Assembly: GCA_910589335.1 (NCBI GenBank) | Contig: CAJUTW010000002.1 | Coordinates: 1 to 59,869, forward strand | Length of the DNA stretch: 59,869 bases | Direction: 5' to 3' | DNA from: an uncultured Bacilli bacterium | GTDB lineage: Bacteria; Bacillota_I; Bacilli_A; RF39; UBA660 | Part shown: positions 39,528 to 49,255 of the stretch, one piece after another | How the letters are laid out: every line of letters begins with the position of its first letter | Position numbering within the stretch: position 1 is the first letter of the stretch | The notes under the pieces: generated by a model | Databases searched by the model: none | Seen by the model: the letters and a program-made list of their open reading frames with translations, nothing else | What the model was told of the DNA's origin: nothing | Position numbers and translations under genes: made by a program

Positions 39528-40434
39528 TATTACCACCTCCAATTAAATTCATATAATAATTTTCGAGTGATTCCTCTTGTTCGTGTACTTCATCTGCTAT
39601 TAAATTTTTCTTGGATAATTCGTTGATAAATTTTGATAAATTATATTTTCCATAAACATTTATAGTTTTATTATCTACTACATCATAAGAGATTTTATTT
39701 TCTTCAAAATATTTAACAAACTCTTTTTGATTACTTACTTTTAAGATAAGTTTATGTTCCATCTTTTTCATAAGCTCTTCACTTGTTATTTCTTGAATGA
39801 TAGAGCCATTATCTAAAAATCCATAATGTGTTGCTATTTTAGATAATTCATCTAAATAATGACTAGATATTAAAATAGTAATTCTTTTTTCTTTATTTAG
39901 TTTTAAAATTAACTCTCTAATTTCTATAATACCTTGTGGATCAAGTCCATTGATTGGCTCATCTAAAATCAAGAAATCAGGATTATTAGCAAGAGCTGTA
40001 GCAATTCCTAGTCTTTGTTTCATTCCTAAAGAAAAGTTTTTTGCTTTCTTTTTGCCAGTATTTTCTAATCCAACTAATTTTAATAAGTCATCAATACCAT
40101 CTAAACTCGGCATTCCTACTAACTTATATTGTTCAATTAAATTATCTCTTGCTGTCATTTCTCCATAAATAGATGGAGTTTCAATAATTGCTCCCATTCT
40201 CTTTCTAGCACTTATAATATCGTTACTATTATTACTTTTTCCATATATAATGTAACCTCCATTTGTAGGTTCTTGAAGTCCACAAATTATTCTTATAAGT
40301 GTAGTCTTTCCTGCACCATTTTTTCCAATAAGCCCATAAATTGCACCTTTTTCAATATGAATATTGGTATGATTTAAGGCTCTAAAATCCTTATATTTTT
40401 TTTCAAGATTATTAGTTTCTAAAACTATCTCCAT
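39520..40434 (-). CDS. ABC transporter ATP-binding protein (BcrA/lantibiotic-protection-like)
   Basis: Walker A GKNGAGKTT, signature FSLGMKQRLG, Walker B FLILDEP. Confidence 0.85.
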   Translation of the reverse strand: MEIVLETNNLEKKYKDFRALNHTNIHIEKGAIYGLIGKNGAGKTTLIRIICGLQEPTNGGYIIYGKSNNSNDIISARKRMGAIIETPSIYGEMTARDNLIEQYKLVGMPSLDGIDDLLKLVGLENTGKKKAKNFSLGMKQRLGIATALANNPDFLILDEPINGLDPQGIIEIRELILKLNKEKRITILISSHYLDELSKIATHYGFLDNGSIIQEITSEELMKKMEHKLILKVSNQKEFVKYFEENKISYDVVDNKTINVYGKYNLSKFINELSKKNLIADEVHEQEESLENYYMNLIGGGNND

Positions 40435-40515
40435 AATCTTTCTCCTTTCTGCTATTCATTTTAATAGAAAAGTGTTAAGAAAATAGTTAAGAAATTGTTA
40501 AGATTTTGTTAAGAT

Positions 40516-41178
40516 TTAATCTTTTATTTTAAAACCTATTCCCCAAATTGACTCGATATATTCATTATCAGAATAATCTTTAATCTTTTTTCGTATATTA
40601 CTTATATGAACTCTTAATGAGTTTTCATCACAATCTTCTGTATCTATACTTATTAAATCAAGTAGTTTATTTTTGGTAATGACTTGATTTGGATTTAATA
40701 GCAATTGCTTTAAAATGGCATATTCTGTTTTTGTTAAATTCACCTTTTTATTATTAATTAGTAATGTATGACTATCATTTAATAGTTCCAAATCTTTATA
40801 TTTTAGTGTTTCTATATTACTATGCTTATTTTTAGATCTTAATTGCACTTCAATTCTTGCAAGTAACTCTTTTCCATCAAATGGCTTTGTTATATAATCA
40901 TTAGCACCAGATAGTAAACAATTTACTTTGTCATCACTAGAAATTTTTGCTGAAAGCACGATAATAGGTGTTTCTTTTACTTCTTCAATTATTTCTTCGC
41001 CATTTGCCCCTGGTAACATTAAATCAAGTAAAATCAAATCATAGTTTTCTTTTTCTAGCATCATTAGTGCTTCAGTGCCTGAATAGGCATTAAATATTAT
41101 ATAATTTTCTTTTTTTAATAATTCTTCTATTACATTATGAATGCTAACATCATCTTCTACAATAAGAATTTTTTTCAA
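40516..41178 (-). CDS. OmpR-family response regulator
   Basis: Receiver domain (ILIVEDD.., DLILLDLMLPG) plus a winged-helix output domain. Start set to TTG 41178 (MKKILIV), 5 nt after GGTGA; the ORF-track GTG at 41187 lies inside the SD. Confidence 0.88.
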   Translation of the reverse strand: MKKILIVEDDVSIHNVIEELLKKENYIIFNAYSGTEALMMLEKENYDLILLDLMLPGANGEEIIEEVKETPIIVLSAKISSDDKVNCLLSGANDYITKPFDGKELLARIEVQLRSKNKHSNIETLKYKDLELLNDSHTLLINNKKVNLTKTEYAILKQLLLNPNQVITKNKLLDLISIDTEDCDENSLRVHISNIRKKIKDYSDNEYIESIWGIGFKIKD

Positions 41179-41405
41179 GTGTATCACCTCTACAAATTAC
41201 TATTTTTATAATAGTTTGCTGATTTAATTATAGCATTTTTTCAACAAAAAAAATAGTCCTATACTAGCAACTATTTCAGTTTTTACCAACTACATTTATT
41301 CAGAAGTGAAGTAATGTCATGGTAAAGTAAAATGGTTTAACAGTAATAATCTTTTTACTACAACTGTATAATAACATTTTTTGACATTTTTTGCAATACC
41401 TATCT

Positions 41406-42389
41406 CTAACAAATATATTTATGATGAGAAACTTTTACATTTGTCTGACTTACCATAGCATAATGCATGGTAGTATCAATTTTAGTATGACCTAATAATT
41501 TCTGTACTTGTTCAATAGGCATACCTTTATCTATGGCTCTTGTTGCTAATGTTCTTCTAAATTTATGGGGATGAACTTTTGATATATTAAGATTTTTTCC
41601 TAAAGATCTTAATCTTATTTCTACACCAGAAATATTAAGTCTATGATATGGCTTGATCAGTGAAACGAACAATGCAGAATTATTATCTTTTCTACTTTCA
41701 AGATATTTTAAAAGATGAAGTTTTGCTCTTGCATCAAAATATACTTCTCGTTCTTTATTGCCTTTACCTAAAACTATACAAGACTGATTAACAAAATCAA
41801 TATCAGAAATATCTAAATTAACAAGTTCACCAACTCTAACACCAGTAGAAGATAGAAAGTCTATCATGGCTAAATCTCTTATATTATGACATCCATCTCT
41901 TAATTTTTCTAATATTTCATCACTATAAGTTTCTTTAACAGTAACTTGAGTTTTTATTTTATGGATTCTTCTTATTGGACTTTTTAAAATATAATCTTCA
42001 TTTTCTAACCATGAGAAGAAACTAGACAAAATTCTTCTTATATTATCTATTGTTACATTACTGCAATTATGAATATTTTGATAGTTAGACAAATAATTTC
42101 TAATATCATTTGTATCTATTAATTTAATATTTTTATTTATTTGAGATAACATATCATCAACTGTTTTACTATAATATTCAACAGTTCTTGAAGAACAACC
42201 CTCTAATTTTTTAGATGAAAGAAATAAATTATTATAATCTAAATTGATTTCTTTTATATTATTACTTTCATTTACAACTTCAATGCTATAAAAATAATGA
42301 TTTATAACTTGTTTCAACTTTTCTAGTTGATAGTTATTAATATATTTACCCATATCAGATATAATGTTATTCATAATTATATCTTTCAT
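41406..42389 (-). CDS. Tyrosine recombinase (XerC/D-like)
   Basis: SAM-like N-terminal domain and catalytic residues (..RVGEL.., HPHKFRRT, LLGHTKIDTTMHY). Its ATG overlaps the relaxase stop by 4 nt. Confidence 0.85.
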   Translation of the reverse strand: MKDIIMNNIISDMGKYINNYQLEKLKQVINHYFYSIEVVNESNNIKEINLDYNNLFLSSKKLEGCSSRTVEYYSKTVDDMLSQINKNIKLIDTNDIRNYLSNYQNIHNCSNVTIDNIRRILSSFFSWLENEDYILKSPIRRIHKIKTQVTVKETYSDEILEKLRDGCHNIRDLAMIDFLSSTGVRVGELVNLDISDIDFVNQSCIVLGKGNKEREVYFDARAKLHLLKYLESRKDNNSALFVSLIKPYHRLNISGVEIRLRSLGKNLNISKVHPHKFRRTLATRAIDKGMPIEQVQKLLGHTKIDTTMHYAMVSQTNVKVSHHKYIC

Positions 42390-43693
42390 ATAGCATTTTC
42401 CTTATCATTTTGGAATAACTTACTAAACTCTTTTTGGGCTTCTTCCATTTCATCATTGATATTTTTTATAGCAGTTTCAATATCAGATTTATTCTTAAAT
42501 TTTTGTCTAGGGTTAGAATTAGATAAATAATTTTTTAATATATTTTTTCTAGTTTGTTTTTTATTTTTTAAATAGTGTTTTAATATTATCTCTTGTATAA
42601 TATCATTTTCTTTAATCTTATTAGAAGTCTTAGATTCTTTCTTGTAATGATAATCAGCATAATTGACAATAGCATTATAGATATAATTGTCTATATATTT
42701 ATTTTTTGAATCAGTTAAGGAAGTATCAACATTGATATTCTTGATATTATTATCTTCATTAATTTTATGAAAATATGTATTGATATTTTTTAGTGATCCC
42801 TTAAAATTATCATATTCTAATTTAAAATCAGAATTAGAGTTAGAAAAAATGTAACTTTTTATTTCTCTAGTAAGATTAATAATCTCTTTATTCTTAATAG
42901 ATCCATACTTAATTTTAGTATCTTTACCAATTCTTTCATGATAAAGAAGTTGACCTAATTTTAATATTTTTTCTTCCAAAAGTAAATCTTTTTTATTTCT
43001 TAAAAGATAATTTTTTTCTTTTGGGCTAAAATATTTTTTCAATTCTCCTATATCTTTATTAGTTTCTTTTAATAAAGGGGTATAAATTTTTTCTTTTTCA
43101 ATGGTATGTATTACTTGATTTTTTAAAAAATCTATTTCAACTTGTGATAGTTCACCAGCTCTTCTATAACCAACTTTATTTTTAGAATAAATATAATTAG
43201 GTTGCTTTTCCATAAATGAAAAATGAAAGTGTAAGTTATCAGTATCAGTATGAAGTGATAATTGATAAAACATTTTCTTGGTATCTTTAAAACCACATTT
43301 TTTAAAGAACTTAGGTAATATATTAGTAGCGAGTTCTTGCTCCAGTTTATGTATATCAATATTCTCATTTATATAATCATTATTAAATGATAACACACCT
43401 TGCCACAGATTAGAATTTTCTAAATATTTAACTGATAACTTTTTTCTTCTTTCAACTTCTGATTCACTTGCAAAATGCCCATTTTCCATCACTAAGTTCA
43501 TAGTTTTTTCTTTCGTTAATTTACCAGTATAATAATCATGCATAGACATAGCTCGTTTTTCTTCATTAGTATAGTAGTCATACATATCAGTAACCCTTTT
43601 AATAGATTTATTATGATTTCTATATTTACTATCTGGGTTATTAAGTGCAAAGGTAAAGATAGAATTAAAAATCACCTTAGGACTTTTAGTCAT
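42386..43693 (-). CDS. Conjugative relaxase (MobL/MOBP-like)
   Basis: 435 aa with N-terminal Tyr pairs (MYDYY, MHDYY) and a histidine triad LHTDTDNLHFHF. Confidence 0.65.
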   Translation of the reverse strand: MTKSPKVIFNSIFTFALNNPDSKYRNHNKSIKRVTDMYDYYTNEEKRAMSMHDYYTGKLTKEKTMNLVMENGHFASESEVERRKKLSVKYLENSNLWQGVLSFNNDYINENIDIHKLEQELATNILPKFFKKCGFKDTKKMFYQLSLHTDTDNLHFHFSFMEKQPNYIYSKNKVGYRRAGELSQVEIDFLKNQVIHTIEKEKIYTPLLKETNKDIGELKKYFSPKEKNYLLRNKKDLLLEEKILKLGQLLYHERIGKDTKIKYGSIKNKEIINLTREIKSYIFSNSNSDFKLEYDNFKGSLKNINTYFHKINEDNNIKNINVDTSLTDSKNKYIDNYIYNAIVNYADYHYKKESKTSNKIKENDIIQEIILKHYLKNKKQTRKNILKNYLSNSNPRQKFKNKSDIETAIKNINDEMEEAQKEFSKLFQNDKENAI

Positions 43694-44003
43694 TTATAAA
43701 ATTGTTTCTTATCCTTTTATTAAATTCATTTAAAGGTTTACTTTTTTTAGGATCTGAAACATTTTCAAAGTCCATATCTGAATATATTTGTTCTTCCAAC
43801 AAATGAAGAACTTGTTGCTTTTTGATAATATATTCAATACTTTTTTCTAACTTATTAATTCTATCTAAAATCTCTGTACCATTTAAAGCAGAGATGCATA
43901 AACTACATACTGCTTTAGAAAAAGATAAACTATTTTTACAAGCATATTCTTTTATACGAGCATATTCTTCATTGGTAAAATAAATATGCTTATCTATTGT
44001 CAT
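43686..44003 (-). CDS. Relaxosome accessory protein (MobC-like) candidate
   Basis: 105 aa. IYFTNEEYARIKEYACKNSLSFSKAV resembles the MobC N-terminal pattern. Overlaps the relaxase start. Confidence 0.35.
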   Translation of the reverse strand: MTIDKHIYFTNEEYARIKEYACKNSLSFSKAVCSLCISALNGTEILDRINKLEKSIEYIIKKQQVLHLLEEQIYSDMDFENVSDPKKSKPLNEFNKRIRNNFIND

Positions 44004-44391
44004 TAAAATCTATTTCCTTTAGTCTTTTTAGAACATAATCTAAAAGTTGCATTTTCATAGAATCATAGACAACTTCATTATTTTTAATATAAGTAATACT
44101 TTGGTAATACTCATCTTCTGGTAAGAAATATCTGATACCAAATTTTTTATAATTATCTACCCAGTCTTTAATTCTTCTTTGGGGTAATTTTTTATGAAGA
44201 ATATTTATGTCAAAACCACCACGAGCAAAAATTTCCCTTGCAGATAGTTCTGGCATATCATATCTCAACATGATAGTCCATAATTTAAAAATTGGATCAT
44301 ATTCTATTTCTCTTTTATATTTTATATTTCTGACAAAAATACTTTGTTTTAATATTTTGATTTCATTATCAGTATATAATCGAACTTTCAT
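43990..44391 (-). CDS. Hypothetical protein, possible HTH DNA-binding (IS3 OrfA-like pattern)
   Basis: 133 aa. YTDNEIKILKQS...ELSAREIFARGGF..RIKDWVDNYKKFG. Confidence 0.4.
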   Translation of the reverse strand: MKVRLYTDNEIKILKQSIFVRNIKYKREIEYDPIFKLWTIMLRYDMPELSAREIFARGGFDINILHKKLPQRRIKDWVDNYKKFGIRYFLPEDEYYQSITYIKNNEVVYDSMKMQLLDYVLKRLKEIDFNDNR

Positions 44392-44846
44392 TAATAGTTT
44401 AACTCCTGTTCATGATCATTAGCAAAGTATTTTATTTTGTTTATTAAATCATCATTAAATTCATCATCATCCAAAATATCAGCAGACATTTCCTTAATAT
44501 CTTTCAAGTCCATTTCTATACCTAAACTTTTAGCAGTAGCATCGATTTTTTTATCCACTTCTGTAAGTAAATTTTCCCAATAAAAAATCATGTTTAAATC
44601 TACATTATTTTTTTCTTTCTCTACTTCTAAATCAAGTACACATTCACTTGCTTCTATATCTTCAATTATTTTATCTAAATTTTCCAAAATATATTTTTTA
44701 GTATCTTCATCAAAATCTTTTAAGTATGTATCAAGTGAAACAATGTAGTTAGCACCATTGCCATCTTCCATTTCCATTATTTGATCCATACCATAATTTA
44801 TTATATCATTTGCAATTAATTTATTTATTGATAACTTCATTATCAT
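44391..44846 (-). CDS. Strongly acidic hypothetical protein
   Basis: 151 aa. By hand count, about 39 D+E versus 15 K and no R. Confidence 0.6.
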   Translation of the reverse strand: MIMKLSINKLIANDIINYGMDQIMEMEDGNGANYIVSLDTYLKDFDEDTKKYILENLDKIIEDIEASECVLDLEVEKEKNNVDLNMIFYWENLLTEVDKKIDATAKSLGIEMDLKDIKEMSADILDDDEFNDDLINKIKYFANDHEQELNY

Positions 44847-44985
44847 AACCTCCTTTTAACATATCTATATAGCCCATTTCTAAAAGTTGTACCATCATTT
44901 TTGATATATGGATTCCATAGAATTGAGCCATTAATTTAATCCTATTAAATAAATCAATAGGTAACCAAAAATCAAATCTTCTCAT
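44821..44985 (-). CDS. 54-aa ribbon-helix-helix (CopG-like) candidate, first gene of the mob operon
   Basis: ATG 44985 follows AAGGAGG. Product MRRFDFWLPIDLFNRIKLMAQFYGIHISKMMVQLLEMGYIDML... fits a beta-alpha-alpha pattern. It is below the ORF-track cutoff. Confidence 0.45.
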   Translation of the reverse strand: MRRFDFWLPIDLFNRIKLMAQFYGIHISKMMVQLLEMGYIDMLKGGYDNEVINK

Positions 44986-45000
44986 TTGTCCTCCTTATCT

Positions 45001-45235
45001 TGATAGGATGATAAGCCCCTAAAACATGGCAGTATATAAAAAAGCAGGATAAGAAACTTACACACCACCACCAAATTTTTCCTTATTTCATAAGGGTTTA
45101 GTGTTGTGTAAGACTGATTTTGCACTTGCAAAATTCATCCTACTTTGTAGGTTGATATAAAGGTTAATACCTTTTTTATTCCTTATTTTTAGGGGCTTTT
45201 TTTATATGGCTTATCATCCTAAATTTTTATTTTTG
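45001..45235. promoter_or_regulatory. Nested-hairpin, repeat-rich intergenic region: candidate oriT / operator (or structured RNA)
   Basis: A long-range interrupted 20-bp stem (45005-45024 with 45187-45196 plus 45209-45220) encloses a 12-bp stem (45057-45068/45101-45112), a CCTTAT-ttc-ATAAGG hairpin and the palindrome ATTTTGCA-ct-TGCAAAAT. At least six AGGATAAG/CTTATCCT-like units are present. Confidence 0.5.
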
Positions 45236-46168
45236 TTAATTTTTATAGGATGGTGTCAAATTATTAAAATTATTATTTTCTAATAAAGATGGTGGGTTAT
45301 ATGTAGGTTTTGAATTATCTAATTCATAATTAAAATCTATTAAACTCATACCATCTACAACTTGACCATCCAATGAAACTTGATAGTGTAAATGATTACC
45401 AGTTGAATAACCAGTAGTACCTACACTAGCAATAACTTGTCCTTTTGAAACAGTATCACCAACTAAAACTTTAGAACTGTTTGGAAATAGATGCCCATAA
45501 AAAACAACATATTTTAAGTCATTTATTTCACATGAAATTTTTATATTATTACCACCTTGTTTATCACTTGTATCAATTTTATTTTGACTATATGGAAAAG
45601 AAACACTTTCAACTTTTCCATCACAAGTTGAATAAACTGGTGTCTGTTCAGAGTTAGCAATATCCCATGCTTTATGCACATTTGCTTCCCCATAAATAAC
45701 TCTTTCTTCGAAAAAAAAACTAGTTATGGTAGAACTAGAAAATTCTATTGGTGGAGCAAAAGGTTTTGCTTGTTCTTCATTTATCTGCCCACTAGAAGAT
45801 ATATTTTCGTTTTTACAAACTTCCAAAATTTTATATTTTTGAATCGTACACACATCACTAATAGGAAGTAATTTTTTTGATTCCTTATCTAAATTATCAG
45901 TATATATTTCATCAAAAGTTAAAGAGTTATCAGCAAGATAAAAATATAAAATTCTTTCTAATGAAACATAACCATTTTTTGCTTTTATATTTTTATTAGC
46001 AACCTTAGTATATTGTTCTGCATATTGACTATTATTTTCAATATAACCATCTGTGATATTAGCACCAAAGAAGTCCATGATCATTAATACTGGAACTAAA
46101 ATTATAATAGCAATTATAACTAAGAAGCCAGTAGAACCTAAAAGAATAGATAATATTTTCTTTTTCAA
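45236..46168 (-). CDS. Membrane-anchored M23 peptidoglycan hydrolase (T4SS-associated)
   Basis: N-terminal TM and a C-terminal LytM/M23 motif, VGTTGYSTGNHLHYQV. Confidence 0.8.
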   Translation of the reverse strand: MKKKILSILLGSTGFLVIIAIIILVPVLMIMDFFGANITDGYIENNSQYAEQYTKVANKNIKAKNGYVSLERILYFYLADNSLTFDEIYTDNLDKESKKLLPISDVCTIQKYKILEVCKNENISSSGQINEEQAKPFAPPIEFSSSTITSFFFEERVIYGEANVHKAWDIANSEQTPVYSTCDGKVESVSFPYSQNKIDTSDKQGGNNIKISCEINDLKYVVFYGHLFPNSSKVLVGDTVSKGQVIASVGTTGYSTGNHLHYQVSLDGQVVDGMSLIDFNYELDNSKPTYNPPSLLENNNFNNLTPSYKN

Positions 46169-46171
46169 AGA

Positions 46172-46780
46172 TTACATATCCATTTCATTTGAATTTTCTT
46201 TTGTTAATTCTTTATAATACTCATTTACTCTAATTAATAAATCACTAGCATTTTTTAAATAATTTAAAATATCATTATTAGTTAAATCACTATCTGTTGC
46301 ATAATGTTCTATATCAGAGTTTAAATGATTTCTAATAGCATCAACTCCAGAAGTAGTATATAGACAATTTTTTATGGACTTAAAAGCATCTTCATCATTT
46401 GTATAATTATTTCTATATTCATAAGGATCTGATTCCTTTACATATTTAACTAGATCATCTGTTAATTCACTAACTTTATAATCCTTTTCATAAGAATTTA
46501 GATAAATATTATATTCTTTAAATATAGAACATAAAGTATCAAAAAATTTTTCTTCCTTTGTGTTGGCAAAATCATTTTCCAAAACAAAATGACGAAACAT
46601 ATCTGATAAATCACTCATAAAATCTATGCCTTTATCTTCATCATTTAATTTATTTTTCAAACTATCTAAATCTGGTATTTCATTATCATAAAAATACCAT
46701 TTACAATATTTACGATAATCACATATAAAATTATATATAGAACTTGATAAGTTGTTAAATCTATCTTGAATATTCATCAA
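46172..46780 (-). CDS. Acidic hypothetical ICE protein
   Basis: 202-aa ORF that overlaps the stop of the VirB4-like gene. Confidence 0.6.
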   Translation of the reverse strand: MMNIQDRFNNLSSSIYNFICDYRKYCKWYFYDNEIPDLDSLKNKLNDEDKGIDFMSDLSDMFRHFVLENDFANTKEEKFFDTLCSIFKEYNIYLNSYEKDYKVSELTDDLVKYVKESDPYEYRNNYTNDEDAFKSIKNCLYTTSGVDAIRNHLNSDIEHYATDSDLTNNDILNYLKNASDLLIRVNEYYKELTKENSNEMDM

Positions 46781-49134
46781 TTTTCACCCATCATAGTTCT
46801 TTCTAATTCAGTAGCACGAATCCAAACTCTAAGTCTATTTTTATTATCTACATTTAAAAGAAATTCACCTCGTTTAGCAGATAGTAAAAATGCTTTTTGG
46901 GTGTCAGTTAGTGGGTTATTTTTAAATAACTCTAGGTAAGCAAGTAGATCATCTTCTTTTAACATACCTATCATAGTGTACTGGCAATTATTGAAAATTG
47001 CAGTAGCGTGTCTTAATACACTAGCATTACCAACAAAATCTTTTACACTTTGGGTACTCACAATTAAATTAGTAGAATACTTACGAACTCTACGAGCAAG
47101 TTGTCCAAAATTTTTTAATACTTCATTATTCTTTTCATCTATAAATAAATGGAATTCATCAACTATAATACTAATATGTTTTTTCTTATCAGATTTTTCA
47201 TTTTGAATTTTATTAGCAACAATGCTATTATTCAAATATGTTAGTAGATTTAAAACTTGGGTATTAATCAGTCTTTGATTTCCACTATATAATAATTCTT
47301 GCAAATTAAAAGCAATGAGATCATTTGATAAGTCAATATTGGTATGACCATCGAATAGAAAGGAATCAGTTCCAGTTAAAAATCTTGAAACAAGTATTTC
47401 TAATTGATCGATTAATTTCTTTTTCTCATTACTTTGTAATTCTTTTTTATAAACTGGTAAATACTCATATAATTCACTAAAAATTGGGTAGTCAGTAGGT
47501 TTTAGACTTTGTAGTGTATTAATGGAAGTATTTTTAAATATACCTTTTGTATTATATAAAGATTCCACTACTGCTAGTAGCATAACTAATTCTTTTTCTG
47601 TTATGCTTTCAAAAGCAGTTTTGAAGAATGCCTCCAGAAAACCTAAATGTTTAGCCAAAGGACAATCTGTTTCTTTTGTTTCTTTATCTTCATCATCACT
47701 AGGAATATATCTAATCTGTAAAGGGTTAATAATACCACCCTTTTTAGAGTAGAGATCTATATATTCACCACCATTTGCTTCAACTAATTTTTTATATTCA
47801 TTTTCAGCATCCCAGATAAAAATTTTAGTACCACGAGCAAACTCATTGATAATCATTTTTTTCATGGTAAAACTTTTACCACCACCAGTAGATGATACTA
47901 TGGCTAGGTTATGGGAAGTTCTTTGATTATTTAAAGTAAATGGATCAAAGAATATAGGTAGTGAAGTATGTAAATCAACTCCTAACATATAACCTTTAGA
48001 ATCGTTAAAATAAGTTTTTGTAAATGGAAAACCTGCACTTAATGTTAAAGTAGGTAAAAAGATAGAATAATCATTTAAAGAAGTGGAAGTAATATCAAAG
48101 TTTTGCCAACACTCCATTTGTCTTAATTTTGGAATATCAAGTTTTATCTGGTATCTATCCACAAGTCTTTTTAATTCTCTAAAAGTATTATCTCTTTCTT
48201 TTTTTGTACCAGTAATGATAAGAGTAAGAGATACTTCTTTTATCTTTTCATCACCATTTTTTATTTCTAACATTAATTGTTGAAAGTTTTCCTTTTGAGT
48301 ATCAAGTTCAGTAGCATCACTTAATTTTCTAGTAGTGTTACGATCACTAAGTAAAAATTGATACTGTGAATTTACCCAACGAATTAACTCATCTTGACTA
48401 ATAGCATCCTTAATACTTATACAAGCCATCACATCTGGAACATTAAAGACTTCTTCAAAAAATAATTCATCTACGAATGGTGGAATATTTTTTATTGTTA
48501 CCATTTGAATATCTTTATCATCAAGTTTTAATGAATTAGCCTTTTCTTGTAAATTAAGGGGTGATATTAAAGATGGTAAATCACTCCATATAAGATCATC
48601 AAGTAATTTTTGATTCATATATAAATTAGTTAAAAACTTATATATTTCTAATCTATTATCTATCACTTCCATATTGATTCTAGGTGTTATATTAGAAATA
48701 ATATCTTCTATTTCATCAAGTTGTTTTTCTAATATATTTAAGTCTTTAGCAATTACAACTAGATAGTATACACTAGATATAGTGTAGTGATTATCTTCTA
48801 GTTCTTCAATTAATCTTTTGCTTTCTTCAAGTAATTTATGTTTTTTTAAATCACTTTCAAAATATGAAATTAAATCTTCTAAATTAATTTTATTGTTATT
48901 AAGATTAATCTTTTGATCTAATTTATAACATTTTAACACAAGACCTTTTATCTGGTAAAGACTTTTTAAAGCATAGAAGAAATTTTGCTTTTCTGACTTA
49001 CTAGTTAAAGACAAATCTATGGCTTTAACTTCAATTAAAGATGCTACTTCACCAGTTTTTAATTCTATTAAACCATCATCTGCAACAGACTTAACATTTG
49101 AAAATATTTGAGAATTTTTTATTCTACTTTTCAT
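46777..49134 (-). CDS. VirB4-like conjugative ATPase
   Basis: 785 aa from ATG 49134, Walker A SSTGGGKSFTMKK, Walker B SIIVDEFH. The same frame stays open 42 more codons upstream (see the finding on a possible -1 frameshift), so the true 5' end may be 49259. Confidence 0.85.
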   Translation of the reverse strand: MKSRIKNSQIFSNVKSVADDGLIELKTGEVASLIEVKAIDLSLTSKSEKQNFFYALKSLYQIKGLVLKCYKLDQKINLNNNKINLEDLISYFESDLKKHKLLEESKRLIEELEDNHYTISSVYYLVVIAKDLNILEKQLDEIEDIISNITPRINMEVIDNRLEIYKFLTNLYMNQKLLDDLIWSDLPSLISPLNLQEKANSLKLDDKDIQMVTIKNIPPFVDELFFEEVFNVPDVMACISIKDAISQDELIRWVNSQYQFLLSDRNTTRKLSDATELDTQKENFQQLMLEIKNGDEKIKEVSLTLIITGTKKERDNTFRELKRLVDRYQIKLDIPKLRQMECWQNFDITSTSLNDYSIFLPTLTLSAGFPFTKTYFNDSKGYMLGVDLHTSLPIFFDPFTLNNQRTSHNLAIVSSTGGGKSFTMKKMIINEFARGTKIFIWDAENEYKKLVEANGGEYIDLYSKKGGIINPLQIRYIPSDDEDKETKETDCPLAKHLGFLEAFFKTAFESITEKELVMLLAVVESLYNTKGIFKNTSINTLQSLKPTDYPIFSELYEYLPVYKKELQSNEKKKLIDQLEILVSRFLTGTDSFLFDGHTNIDLSNDLIAFNLQELLYSGNQRLINTQVLNLLTYLNNSIVANKIQNEKSDKKKHISIIVDEFHLFIDEKNNEVLKNFGQLARRVRKYSTNLIVSTQSVKDFVGNASVLRHATAIFNNCQYTMIGMLKEDDLLAYLELFKNNPLTDTQKAFLLSAKRGEFLLNVDNKNRLRVWIRATELERTMMGEN

Positions 49135-49255
49135 TCGTTTTTTTATTACAAATTTAGGTTGTTGTTTTTCAAGTTTTTTCTTTTCTTTATCTAAAACTTT
49201 ATCTTTATTTGTTTTTTTCTCTTTAGGGAATAACCCGATATTATCACCATCACTT

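Noticed and set aside
32135-43368. Minus-strand alternative-frame ORFs nested in recombinase 2 (32135-32344) and in the relaxase (43132-43368).
   Set aside because: They lie fully inside better-supported frames. They have no SD and hydrophobic low-complexity products.
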